Positions 10,811 through 24,000 of a DNA stretch of 64,000 nt are shown in pieces. Below the pieces are notes generated by a model. That model saw nothing but the letters and a program-made list of their open reading frames with translations, was not told the origin of the DNA and made no database searches. Position 1 is the first letter of the stretch; each line of letters opens with the position of its first letter. The position numbers and the translations under genes are program-made. This DNA is from Mobula hypostoma (taxonomy: Eukaryota): NCBI RefSeq assembly GCF_963921235.1, contig NC_086115.1, positions 15,748,001 through 15,812,000 on the forward strand, given 5' to 3'.

Positions 10811-13800
10811 CAGATAATCTGTGCTGATCTGTGTAAAATTTCTGCTGTTCCCTCTGTTAAATATTGCCTACACAAAAGTAAACACCTTTGTGGATGGGGA
10901 GTGCTTTAGGGTGACCTGGAGTTGTGTATATGAGCATCTTCATTGTGCAGGTTTATGAGTGAAACTTCCTTTCCCACCTGCATTAAACATTATAACTTTC
11001 TCACATTTTTCAGATATTCAGTTGTTTATTTGAAGTTGATCTTCATGCACATCGTATTCTCCCAGACCACCTTGTCAGTTCATGCACCTCCTTTAACTCT
11101 TACAATGAGAGAGCTCAGTTCAAATTGGCCAAGAACTGACTGCAGGGAATTGCAAGCTGAGGTACTGCTGTCTGAATGTGCTTCGTCCTGTCACAACATC
11201 TGTTTTCATAACGCTTCACCAAATCCACTTCCTGCAGCCAGCCACATACACACGGCAAACAAACACTAGTTAGGCTTGGTGCTTGGTACAGCTGCTCCTC
11301 ACCCTGTGCTTTCTTCGATCTCCCCAGATGGTGCCGGTTGAGGGCAATTGGGGTGTGGTTGCAGTGGTATTGCTTTTCTGGTGTGGGGGAGAGGCCACCC
11401 AGTTCCACAAACTGCACCAGATTTTCAACTGGGTTTTCCAGTTCCATTGGAGTTTGTGTGCACTCTGGTAAAAATGAAACTGCCATGCCCAGCATTGGAA
11501 AAAGCTTTAACTTAAATAAATTCTCTCCTGTCATACTGAGTTACTGAGTTTTTTTAAAAGTCTGACCTGATGGGCTCTGGTGTCTCAGGAGATGATGAAA
11601 CTGGGGCAATAATCCTGCTCATTGACCGTTCTGGCTCCTGGAAGCAGAGTCTCCAGTTCACAGTAGAATTACCTCAGTTCAGTGTGGTCATACTTAAGTT
11701 TTATTCAATATTATACAAACATGGGTACATAGAATCACAATCAAAATAGACAACATGTTCTCTGTGCCTATTTACAGATTTAAAAAGTAGCAAATAAAAT
11801 GAAAACATTTACAATGCTATTCCCCACCAGTAAATGCAGCCTCTGATTGCTCAACTGTGACGGGGAAGGAGAACGGTGGTGTGAACTAGAAAACTGTCTA
11901 CCTCTCCAGAAGCCCAACCTTTGTTTAACATTGCTTTTTCTTAACCACTGATCTCAAAGTCAAAGTAAATTTATTATCAAAGTACATATTTGTTACCGTA
12001 TGCTACATTGAGATTAATTTTCTTTGAGGCATGCACACGAAAATAACAGAATTTACAGAAAAAAAACTACGGATTTGTCTTCACCCTTCATTTTGGCCAA
12101 CAGTGGTGCTGTCAGCAAACTTAAATATGGCTTTGAAGCTGTACTTGGCCCTCGGTCAAAAGTTGAAGCAAGCAGACCAGGTGGCTAAACACAGAGCCTT
12201 GTGGTACACCTGTGCTGGTAGAGATTGTGGAGGAGATATTGCTGATGTGAACTGATTGGGGTTTGCAAATAAGGAAATTGAGGATCCAGTTGCTTGTTGA
12301 ATTCTTCTAATTTGAGTAAATTTTTGCTGCTGGTTCATTCAAAAAGCTTGTCAGAATTATTGTTATTCATAAATTCAATTTTATTTTTTTTGCTTAAATA
12401 CCTGCAAGAAAATGACACTCATGCTCACTTGAGTTATGACTGTATGACAAACACAGCTCCAATGCTATATTCAAGTTTGCTGATGACAGCACTGATGTAG
12501 ACTGAATCAAAGATGGTGACAGATCAGCATTGAGGAGGGAGATGGAAAAGCTGGCTGAGTGGTGTCACAGCAACCTGATGCCAGCAAGACCAAGGACCTG
12601 ATTACAGACCTAAAGAGAAGGAAACCAGGGGTCCATAAGCCAGTCCTCATTGGAGGATCAGAGGTGGAGAGGGTCATCAACTTGATTTCAGAGGACCTGT
12701 CCTGTGCCCTGCATGTAAGTGCAATTACAAAGAAAGCCTCTATGTTGCCAGAGATTTGGCATGACATCTGAAATGTTGACAAGCTTCTATAGATGTGTAG
12801 TGATACAGATAATGGCCTAGTCCACCTCAGGTAAAGACCTACCCACCATAGAGCACATCTATATGAAACACTGTTGTGGGAAAGCAACATTTGGGTCTCG
12901 GCCCAAAACGTCGACTGCACCTCTTCCTAGAGATGCTGCCTGGCCTGCTGCATTCACCAGCAACTTTGATGTGTGTTGCTTGAATTCCCAGCATCTGCAG
13001 AATTCCTCGTGTTTGCATTCATCACCAGTGATCACCCCCCTGGACATGCTCTCCTCTCATGACAGCCATACAAAAGAAGGCACAGGAGCTTTGGGATTCT
13101 CATTACCAGTCTCTACCCCTCAACCATCAGGCTCTTGAACCAAAGGGGATAACTTCGCTTGTCCCATCACTGAAATGTTCCCACAACCAATAGACTCACT
13201 TTCAAGGACTCTTCATATCATGCTCTCAATATTTATTGCTTATTTATTTTTTAAGTTATTTTTTCTTTTTCTTTTTGTATTTGCAGTTTGTTGTGTTCTG
13301 CACTGTGGTTGAACACCCTAGGTGGGCAGTCTTTCATTGATATGGTTATCATTCTGTTAGTGAGTATGCCATTAGAAAATGAATTTCAGGATTGTATAAG
13401 GTGACATCTATGTACCATGATAATAAACTTATTTTGAACCTAACTCTATATGGTAACATATACATATTTCAATAATTTTGACTTTTTAAAAGTTTGTGTT
13501 GTTTAAAATAATAAATTTTTGTTTATTATCATCCCATGCTCAAAGTTACCTTAGATCTGTGTTCACTCACAAACTTTCTGGTGGTGGATCACTGCAACAA
13601 GCCGTCACCTTAGGTGCCCAGCAAAAGCCATGTGGTGTGGAGTTGCTGCTTCAACTCCAAAGTCCCAGGTTCAATCTCAACCTCGACCGCTGCCTTCGTG
13701 GAGTTTTATGCTCCACATTCCTCCCTCTTCCAAAGACATGTCGGCCAGTGGGTTAGAAACTGGGGGGGGGGGGTGAAGGGGAGATGATGTGAGATTCAGA

Positions 13801-13980
13801 ATAGGTAAGTGCTTGATGGTCAGTACGAGATGACCAGACCACAGGGATGATCCAATACATTTGCTCTTTCTGGGTTCAATGGGTCTCAGCCCAAAACGTT
13901 GACTGTTTATTCCTCTCTGATGCTGCCTGTGACCTGCTGAGTTCCTCCAGCAGTGTGTGTCCATGGGGAAGGTTTAAAGG

Positions 13981-13986
13981 TTTATT
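13981..13986 (-). terminator. Candidate POLL poly(A) signal
   Basis: TTTATT on + strand about 670 nt past the POLL stop; other hexamers exist (14448, 11700), so usage is unproven. Confidence 0.35.
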
Positions 13987-14655
13987 TCTGTCCACAAGGC
14001 GGAGACAAATCACTTGTTTAAAGTTAGACTGGCGCTGAGTCCATCTCGTACGCAATAGCATAGTCCTGCCCCTCGCGTGAAGGGGAATCTAATGCAGCCA
14101 TCTCTTTGACGTGACTGAAATTAATCTACCTAAGTACTTAAGTTTGTTTTATATGGACACCACAGCAAGACTGAATAAATAACAATAAATAATGGAGCTG
14201 AGTCCACAGCCAGACGCCACCCTCCTGCTCAACTGCAGCAGTATTGAACTGTTGAAATTCTCTGCCTGCGAGGACAGTGGAGGCTCAGTCAATGACTGAA
14301 CACAGGAGATTCCTGGATATCGGAGTTGAGGGATATGGGGATAAGGCAGAGAAACAGGACCTGGGTAGGTCACTCACTGGTAGAATAGTACAGGAGGGTT
14401 GAGGAGCTGAATAGATCCCTCCTGCTCTTAAAATTCCTTATGGCTGATTTATTATCCTCTTCAACCTCATTCTCCTGCCTTGTCTCTATAACCTTTACCG
14501 CCTAGTCATGAACCTATCAATCTCTGCTTTAAGGACCGGAATGGAAGAGGGCAGAAGCCTGGGGGGTGGGGGCTGCAGTAGGACTACAAGCTGGTAGGTG
14601 CCCATGCTTGGGATCCGACTGCCTGCCTTACCCCAGAGAGTGTTGACACCACCCT

Positions 14656-15017
14656 TCACCAGTCCCTCTCCTGTGGCTTCCTGTACACCAGCCCCAGTTG
14701 TTGGAAGATGGCCTCCTCGGTGGGCGTGGGAACAGTGTGGCCGTAGCTGACCTTAGTCCCACCCTCCCTAAGCACCTGGCTCTTTAGCGAGTGCTCAGAC
14801 AGACTCATGTTCTTGGTTTTGGCCAAGGCGCGCATGGAGCGGTTGAAGTATGCAGAGCCAGTGAAGTACACCAGGGCACAGGCAAACTCCGTGTACGGGA
14901 CCACGATGATGTCAAGCCTGCGGTAGCGGCGCGTACACCCCGGCAGCCGGCAAACACCCAGATACTTCACCTGGTTCCTGTTCTGTTCCTGACACACCAG
15001 GTCATCCGTGATGAACC
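14656..15017 (-). CDS. POLL: POLL last coding exon (362 nt)
   Basis: Acceptor ttttcttttgcaag|GG; (G)FITDDLV...[22 protein letters not shown]...ERDW*. Confidence 0.95.
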
Positions 15018-18000
15018 CTTGCAAAAGAAAAGGTAGCCATCAATAAACCGTGCAACAGGCAGTGCTATCAGAAATGTTACATTTCTGTACAGTCTAAACA
15101 CAAAGCACACTGTCCCAGATACAGAGTGAAGCTCCCTCCACAGTGTCTCACCACACATTACTGACATCAGACACAGAGTGAAGCTCCCGCCACACCATCC
15201 CATCACACCTGGGGTCAGATACAGAGTGAAGCTCCCTCCACACTACTGTCTCACCACACATTCCTGGAGATCAGATACAGAGTGAAGCTCTTGACACTGT
15301 CCCGTTACACACCCCTGGGGTCAGACACAGTGAAGCTCCCTCTATGCTGTCCCATCACACATTACTGACATCAGACACAGAGTGAAGCTCCTGCCACACC
15401 TGGGGTCAGATACAGAGTGAAGCTCCCTCTGTACTGTCCCATCACACACCCCTGGGGTCAGACACTGAATGAAGTTCATCCCATCTCTCACTCTTGGGGT
15501 TAAATACAGAGTTAAACTCCTTTTGAACAACTCCATCACACAATCCCAGGCAGGGACAGCATAGGTTAGACACAATAAAGCTCTTGCATAGCATCCCATC
15601 AAACACTCCAGGACATGTGCAACACAGGTTTGGAAGATACACTTCTCCAAGGACATATTCCAGTCCCATGTGTAGAGCTGTAACGAGTCAAACTCAATAG
15701 GCTTCACAGCCACTCTGTGACACGTTGCACCGATCCACGTGGGAAATGCTGATGCTGCAGAGGGAGGGGAACAGAAGGGAGCGCAGTTCTGCCGTGCCTT
15801 CCACCACTCTGTACAAGGGAACCCCAGCAGAGCTGCTGGAAATGTGGCTGCCCAGTCTCTTGACAATTGCCATCATGTCTGTGGTGTCGCGTGAAGGAGA
15901 ATTATCAGCCAGAAACTAGAAGCAGGACTTCTACGAGCAGCTCCCTCTTCTCCGAGATTTTTTATGTCTGCTCTCCCTCATAACTGCCTGGATTATACAG
16001 GTCAGTGGGGGCTGGCTCACAGTCAGAATGACCTCTAGTGACGTCCGAAATAAAAACACAATGCAGTAGGTCAGCTGTCATTTGCAACAGAGTCTTCAAC
16101 CTGTAACATTAACCCCGTTGTTCTCTCTCCACACAGCACACAGTTATTGGCAGGATACTTGGCAGTGTGGAGCAACAGAGGGATCTTGGGGTTCACATCA
16201 TAGATCACTCAAAATTGCCACACATCTGTTCCATAGGGTGGTTAAGAAAGCATGTGGTGTGTCAGCCGCCTTTACCCAGGGATAGAGTTCCTGAGCCCAT
16301 TTAAAGCTCTGGTTCGGCCCCACTATCCTCACTTCTGGTCACCTCATTACAGGAAGGATGTGAAGCTTCAGAGAGGGTGCAGAGGAGATTTACCAGGATG
16401 CTGCCTGGATTTGACACCATGTCTTATGAGGATAGGCTGAACAAGCTAAGGGTTTTCTCTTTGGAGCGAAGGAGGATGATGGTGACTTAATAGAGGTGTA
16501 CAAGATGTTAAGAGGCATAGATCGAGTGAGTAGCCAGAGAGTTTTTCTCAGGGAGAAATGGCTAATACAAGGAGGTATACAGTACTGTATATTGGTTAAA
16601 ATAGGAAGATGACTGGAAGATGATTTACGTTTGTATTAACTGAGTTGTATTAAGTGTTATTTGGTAACTCAAAAGACATGTTATACAGTATTGTGCAAAA
16701 GACTTAAGCACTCTAGCTATATACATGTGCCTGAAACTTTTGCATGGCACTGTAATTTAAGGGTGATTTGAGGAAAATAAAGCGGGATGTCAGAGGATGA
16801 TCTTTAACATAGAGAGTGGGTATGGGGCACACCCTGCCAGGGGTGGTAGTAGAGGCAGATACATTAGGAACATTTAAGAGACCCTTAGGCACATGGATGA
16901 TAGAAGAGGACTATGGGAGAAGGGTCATGAGAAGATTGTGAGGACTTGGAGTAGTTTAAAAGGCTGGCACAAGATTGTGGGCCAAAGAGCCAAAACTGTG
17001 CTGTAATGTTCTGTGTTGTAGATGCAGCCTGACCTGTTCAGTACTTGAGTGGCTTCTGGTTCTAGCACCTGCAATGTCCTGCACAGGGCTGTATATTAGA
17101 TCCCTGGAGACCTTCATTCCGAACCGTGTCCCTGTACCAGTTACCAATTCACATCGAGCTCACCTTGGTCTTTCAGACCGTCGAGGAGTTTGCTGAAGAC
17201 GCCTCTGTGTGACTTTCCATCAGGATGTGTGATGAGGACATCCACGTCGCCACAGGTGGGCTTTCCACGGCGGAAGGAGCCGCAGGCGAAGCCGATCAGG
17301 CCTGGATTAATGGAGCGAGCCATGTTGCACACCTAGAGAACACAGAATGATCCCAATGGCTCCGTCAATTCCACACCTTGTTTCCCTCCATGCTGCTCCT
17401 CCAGTCCCAGCTGTACAAAATTCCTTCTTGCTCATTCCCTGCTCGGACACCACAAATTTTACCTGTGCTATGCACCTCATGCATTTTCCATTATATTTTA
17501 CTAGCTTATTTATGGTAGTATTTGGTTTACGTGTGTGTGAGATATCTGTTTTGTGAGTTATGCTGTGTTTCGTTTGGTTACATACCGTATATGTACAGTC
17601 AGATGATATTAACTTGAAATTGATTACCTTCAGCATCTTCCCTGGTCTGAGGATCACATTTGCCTCAGTGTATTAGTGCTACAGCTGGACGTGGCTGACA
17701 AATCCTGATAACCTCTCTAATGATTCTGGTGAGATGGTGGTGTGCTCAGATGTAACAGATTCTACGGGCCAACCAAACCTGTCATTGTCTTTTTAAAATG
17801 TATTTGCTATGATCGCAAGAACCTGCTGGACACGAAGAAGTTAAAGTACTGCAAGTCGACCCCATCAGTGAGTTGCTCGTTGGTGGAGAAACTGAAGGAG
17901 CTGGACTTGGTGCGGATCGCGCTGCTGTCTGCATGAAGGTGGTGATTGTCTTGGTTGCTTTTCTTGTGATCATAAGACCCTGTTGGGCATTGGTAATGTG

Positions 18001-21000
18001 GAGTGCTGCAAGTCCCCTTCACCGTTTTACACAGAAACATAGAAACATAGAAAATAGGTGCAGGAGTAGGCCATTCGGCCCTTCGAGCCTGCACCGCCAT
18101 TTATTATGATCATGGCTGATCATCCAACTCAGAACCCAGCCTTCCCTCCATACCCCCTGACCCCTGTAGCCACAAGGGCCATATCTAACTTCCTTTTAAA
18201 CATAGCTAATGAACTGGCCTCAACAGTTTGCTGTGGCAGAGAATTCCACAGATTCACCACTCTCTGTGTGAAGAAGTTTTTCCTAACCTCGGTCCTAAAA
18301 GGCTTCCCCTCTATCCTCAAACTGTGACCCCTCGTTCTAGACCTCCCCAACATCGGGAACAATCTTCCCGCATCTAGCCTGTCCAATCCCTTTAGGATCT
18401 TATACGTTTCAATCAGATCCCCCCTCAATCTTCTAAATTCCAACGAGTACAAGCCCAGTTCATCCAGTCTTTCTTCATATGAAAGACCTGCCATCCCAGG
18501 AATCAATCTGGTGAACCTTCTTTGTACTCCCTCTATGGCAAAGATGTCTTTCCTCAGATTAGGGGACCAAAACTGCACACAATACTCCAGGTGTGGTCTC
18601 ACCAAGGCCTTGTACAACTGCAGTAGTACCTCCCTGCTCCTGTACTCGAATCCTCTCGCTATAAATGCCAGCATACCGTTCGCCTTTTTCACCGCCTGCT
18701 GTACCTGCATGCCCACTTTCAATGACTGGTGTATAATGACACCCAGGTCTCGTTGCACCTCCCCTTTTCCTAATCGGCCACCATTCAGATAATAATCTGT
18801 TTTCCTATTTTTGCCACCAAAGTGGATAACTTCACATTTATCCACATTAAATTGCATCTGCCATGAGTTTGCCCACTCACCCAACCTATCCAAGTCACCC
18901 TGCATCCTCTTAGCATCCTCCTCACTGCTAACACTGCCACCCAGCTTTGTGTCATCCGCAAACTTGGAGATGCTGCATTTAATTCCCTCATCCAAGTCAT
19001 TAATATATATTGTAAACAACTGGGGTCCCAGCACTGAGCCTTGCGGTACCCCACTAGTCACCGCCTGCCATTCTGAAAAGGTCCCGTTTATTCCCACTCT
19101 TTGCTTCCTGTCTGCTAACCAATTCTCCACCCACACCAATACCTTACCCCCAATACCGTGTGCTTTAAGTTTGCACACTAATCTCCTGTGTGGGACCTTG
19201 TCAAAAGCCTTTTGAAAATCCAAATATACCACATCCACTGGTTCTCCCCTATCCACTCTACTAGTTACATCCTCAAAAAATTCTATGAGATTCGTCAGAC
19301 ATGATTTTCCTTTCACAAATCCATGCTGACTTTGTCCGATCATTTCACCGCTTTCCAAATGTGCTGTTATCACATCCTTGATAACTGACTCCAGCAGTTT
19401 CCCCACCACCGTTTTATTGGTGAACGGCGGGGGAGCTGTGTGGCCTTGGTTGTAGCAAGGACTAGGTCTCAAACTGCGGTGTCACCTGTTTGCGGCTGCC
19501 CAGGAGAGAGGTGTCGGAGTCCGTACGCTCCACCAAAGGCAGTGTGGCACAGCGTCCATACTTGTTTCGGTGCTGCCCTTCAGCGTTCACTCGGCAGAAG
19601 ACAAGACGTACTGTGTTTGACTGCAGACTGCCGCAACATTCACAGACTCAGGGACCTGAACTATGTTTTTTTATGTATAACCGTGTTTTCCCACTGTCTT
19701 ATATGTGTTACATTTGCCTTGTTGTGTGAATGGCTGTTGATACTGTGTTTTGCACCACGGCCCCAGAGTAACACTGTTCCTTTTGTCTGTATTCATGGGT
19801 ATTCCATCTATGGTTGAATTACAGTTGAACCGGAATTTGAATTTAAACCGTGCAATGGTCGGACAGTGTAAGCTGGCCTTTGTCAGCTCCCCAAAGCGAG
19901 GATGGGGGTGCAGATGCTGCTGCAAGTACCTTTAGCTTTGTCACACGTACATCGAACATACAGTGAAATGCATCGTTTGCGTCAGTAACCACTAGTACTG
20001 TCAGGCTTCTGACCTCAACATAGCATGCCCATAACTTACCAACTTTAATCCATACAGCTTTGGAAGGTGGGAGGAAACTGGAGTACCCAATGTCACAGGA
20101 AGAATGTACAAGTTCCTTACAGACAGTGGTGGCAGTTGAACCCTAATCACTGGTTCTTTAAAGCAGTACAGTAACTTTTACTTTATGCTAGCTCAGTGGA
20201 TATGTAATGATCTGATCTGTATATGGTATCTCGGTACACGAGACAGTAATGGACCAACAGCAATTCCAATTGGGAAATGAGGGTAAGTTGTTAGAGCAAC
20301 ACACATCAAAGTTGCTGGTGAACGCAGCAGGCCAGGCAGCATCTCTAGGAAGAGGTACAGTCAACGTTTCGGGCTGAGACCCTTCGTCATCTGCAGATTT
20401 CCTCGTGTGTGTAAGTTGTCAGAGTCCATTTACTCAGTGATAACACTGTAACAGGATCCAAGATGGGAGGACTAGTTCCAGAACAGCGGAGTGAGTATAG
20501 TACTGGTTGATGCCTTTCCCATGAGTTGATACAGAGGCCCCATCAGCCCTCCCAGGAGGGCGAGAGGGAGAGCTTGTCAATCATTCTACTTGTCGGGAGG
20601 CATGTGTGGATAGTCATTTTGGGGGTTAGCTCAGATACAGTGGGCCAGACGAGGGAATACGCAGAGCTGAAAGGCTTTGTTTGGCAGCAGTACAACCATG
20701 GCACTTCACAGTCCCATCTTGCCCGAAACACTCACATACTTGTAAGCAGAAGGACTTACGGTGTTCTCAATCTCAGCGGCCTCTTCTCGGGGCATCCGAT
20801 CCAGGAAATCATGGTAGTGTTTGAGGCCAATTGTCTGCTGACTGGTGAGACTGGCTTTCGTCTTAATGTCCTCTAAAGTTCTGAAGCCCTGGAAAACACA
20901 CCGACATGAATTGTGCAGGTGAGGACAGTGTAAGTGAAAGTTGTTGGTTTCCACCAGAAACGTTGAAGGTTAAAAGCCCAGAGTGGGCTGTGTCAGGGTT

Positions 21001-24000
21001 TCAAAGTGAGGGGTCACCATTCAGGTCTCATATCAGAAGAACTTCTTCACCCAGAAGGAAAGGAAAGGAATTAGGCTATTCAGCCCATCGAGCCTGCTCT
21101 GGCATTCCATCACAGCTGGACTATTATCCCTCTCAACCCAAGTCTTATGCCCTTTTTCCAGTAACCTTTGATGCTCTGACTAATCAAACAATTAATCTCC
21201 TCTTAAATAAACATTCTTTTAAAATTATGTGGACTTGGCCTCCACAGCTGTCTGTGGCAAAGAATTCCACAGATTCCCCACCGTCTGGCTAAAGAAATTC
21301 CTCCTCATTAGGGACGTCCTTCTATACTGATGCTGTGCCCTGTGGTCCTAGACTCCCCTATTATAGGAAATATCCTCTCACTGGACACTAAATCTCCACT
21401 CTACATTTACTCTATCTAGATCAGAGGTTTCTGATCTGGAGTCCATGAACACCTTGCTTTATGGTATTAGTCCATGGCATAAGAAAAGGTTGGGAGCCCC
21501 TGATCCAGATGATGAACCTTTGGAATGATCAACTAAGGGAGACTGGAGAGGGTTAGTCAATGATACATCCAAGGTAGATTTCTACAGGTATCAAGAGAGT
21601 CAGGGAAGATAAATGGGAAAGGAAAGTGGTGCTGAGGCAAAAGAGCAGCCAAGCCTAGCTGTAGGGTTGTTCGTAATTACAGTACATGGTAATTGGCTTA
21701 TTATCATCAGATGTACTTATCGACTCATCATTTTCGCTTTATATCCCTGCTCAAGCTCTTAGGTTTTTTTCTGCCGGCTTCATAAATTTAAACAATTTCC
21801 TCAAAAGATAACTGGCAGGTCAGCTCTTTTGAACTACACTCCTAAATTGTGGATTCAAAACCTACAACTATAAAAGATGCGCTCAGTTGACAGTTTTAAA
21901 TGCCAGCTCAAAAGCCATTTATTTAACCTTGCTTTTAATTAACATCAGTTTACCTACAATTTGCCTACCGACACAACCGATCGGCTGGTGGTGCAGTGAG
22001 ATCAGCGCCGGGCTCGAGAACGGAGGTTCCCGAGTTCGATCCAGTGACAGACCGCCCCCATGCGCGCTCTCCATCCGCACCGGGTTGATGTCGAGCTCGC
22101 AACTCGGCCTCGTATAATAATACTGCGAACTGTCTGCGCGAGGAGTGGCCCCCCCCCCACAGCCTTTCGAACTGTGCCTTGTAAGGCACGGAAATGCCCG
22201 ACGCTGGCCTCTCAAGGTCTGAGTCGACGTCACCATCATCATCATCATCGCCTACCGACATAACGGATCCTCAGACGACGCAATAGCCACAGCTCTACAC
22301 ACCATCCTTATACATCTGGAGAAGAAGGATGCTTCTGTGAGAATGCTGTTCTTAGACTACAGTTCAGCATTCAACACCACAGTTCCCTTCAGGCTTGCCA
22401 AGAAGCTCAGAGACCTCGGCCTTCACCCTGCCTTGTGCAGCTGGATCCCAGACTACCTGTCAGATCACCAGCTGGTGGTAAGAGTGGGCTCCCTCACCTC
22501 TGCCCCTCAAAAGAGGTGCCTCTCAGGGCTGTGTCCTAAGCCCCCTCCTTTACTCTCTGTAAACCCATGACTGTGTCGCCACCCACAGCTCCAATCTGCT
22601 AATTAAATTTGCTGACAATACTACATTTATTGCCCTAATCTCTCTATTTAAAATTTTTTATTTGGATAAGGTATTCGCAAGAATTATACAAACTTTTTTT
22701 TACATGTATGACCTTTTCCATTTTTTATATATGTATAAATCTATAATTATACATTCACAAATACACATTGAGATGATATAAAAAGTAATTAGCTGCTTAA
22801 ATAGATAATTATGTGCAGTTGTAATTTCACTCTATTAGACTAAGAAATGATAATGGCTGTTAAAAAAATAGTAATAACAGTGGTTGAATAATAATTTCCA
22901 TGTATTTATTCCCTGGAGCGTAGAAGAATGAGGGGAGATTTGATAGAGGTATATAAAATTATGATGGGTATAGATAGAGTGAATGCAAGCAGGCTTTTTC
23001 CACTGAGGCAAGGGGAGAAAAAAACCAGAGGACATGGGTTAAGGGTGAGGGGGGAAAAGTTTAATGGGAACATGAGGGGGGGCTTCTTCACACAGAGAGT
23101 GGTGGGAGTATGGAATGAGCTGCCAGACGAGGTGGTAAATGCGGGTTCTTTTTTAACATTTAAGAATAAATTGGAGAGATACATGGATGGGAGGTGTATG
23201 GAGGGATATGGTCCGTGTGCAGGTCAGTGGGACTAGGCAGAAAATGGTTCGGCACAGCCAAGAAGGGCCAAAAGGCCTGTTTCTGTGCTGTAGTTTCTAT
23301 GGTTTCTTCTGGTCCATTTCTTTCTGGTCCAAAATATTGTATGTAGCCCTATGTAACTTCCATCGTAGGTGCTTATATCTTAACTCATTCACGTTTGCTC
23401 CTACCCACAAACATACTTATCCAATCCCTATGTACTTACTTACTTCATTTTATCATTTTTTTTCCTTTCCCAAATCTTTTCCTTTACTTGTGAAATTCCC
23501 CGTTTTCCAAAAAATAGTAAATATTCGAAGCAAGGGTGCTTACGCTAACACTATTACTATGTTGATGAGGAAAGCAGTATGAACCATTAGGAGAGTCAGC
23601 TAAAGTCTGCTCGCTTTGGGGTTATAAATTCACTCCATTTATTCCAAATTTGATAAAATTTTTCTTTTTGAATTCTCAGAGAGTAAGTCATCTTTTCCAT
23701 TCTAAATATTTCTAAAATGATTTCATGCCAATCTTCTAATGTAGGTGATATTGGATTGAGCCACTTTCTGGTGATCGATTTCTTACTTGCCGCTAAAAGG
23801 GCCTGCAGCAGTTCAAGAAACAATACATGCCCCAAATACAGTCTCAAAGTTCAGCGGTATCTGGGTCTTAAATACCTTAACTAATGTTCTGTGAATACCT
23901 TCCCAATATAAACTTAATTTTGGGCAATCCCAAAAAAAATGGAAATATTGGCCTCATCTCAAATAATAATGAGGCAGCCTACAGAGGAGAAGTCATCACC

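Noticed and set aside
11115-11534. 139-aa minus-strand ORF as a possible extra gene between OGA and POLL
   Set aside because: No recognisable homology, promoter or consistent exon structure; probably chance.
8600-14650. NPM3 or BTRC exons expected from human synteny
   Set aside because: No nucleoplasmin-core or WD40/F-box-like translation seen by eye; a tBLASTn is needed to exclude diverged exons.
15018-15020. AAG acceptor at the last POLL exon as a sign of pseudogenisation
   Set aside because: AAG is a permitted minor acceptor, the pyrimidine tract is good, and frame and catalytic residues are intact.
15110-15620. Repeat-spacer appearance resembling a CRISPR array
   Set aside because: Eukaryotic intron; the intervening parts are homologous to each other, not unique spacers; no cas genes.
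21974-22050. tRNA gene
   Set aside because: A and B boxes present but no complete cloverleaf; flanked by TSD and simple tail, so a SINE head.
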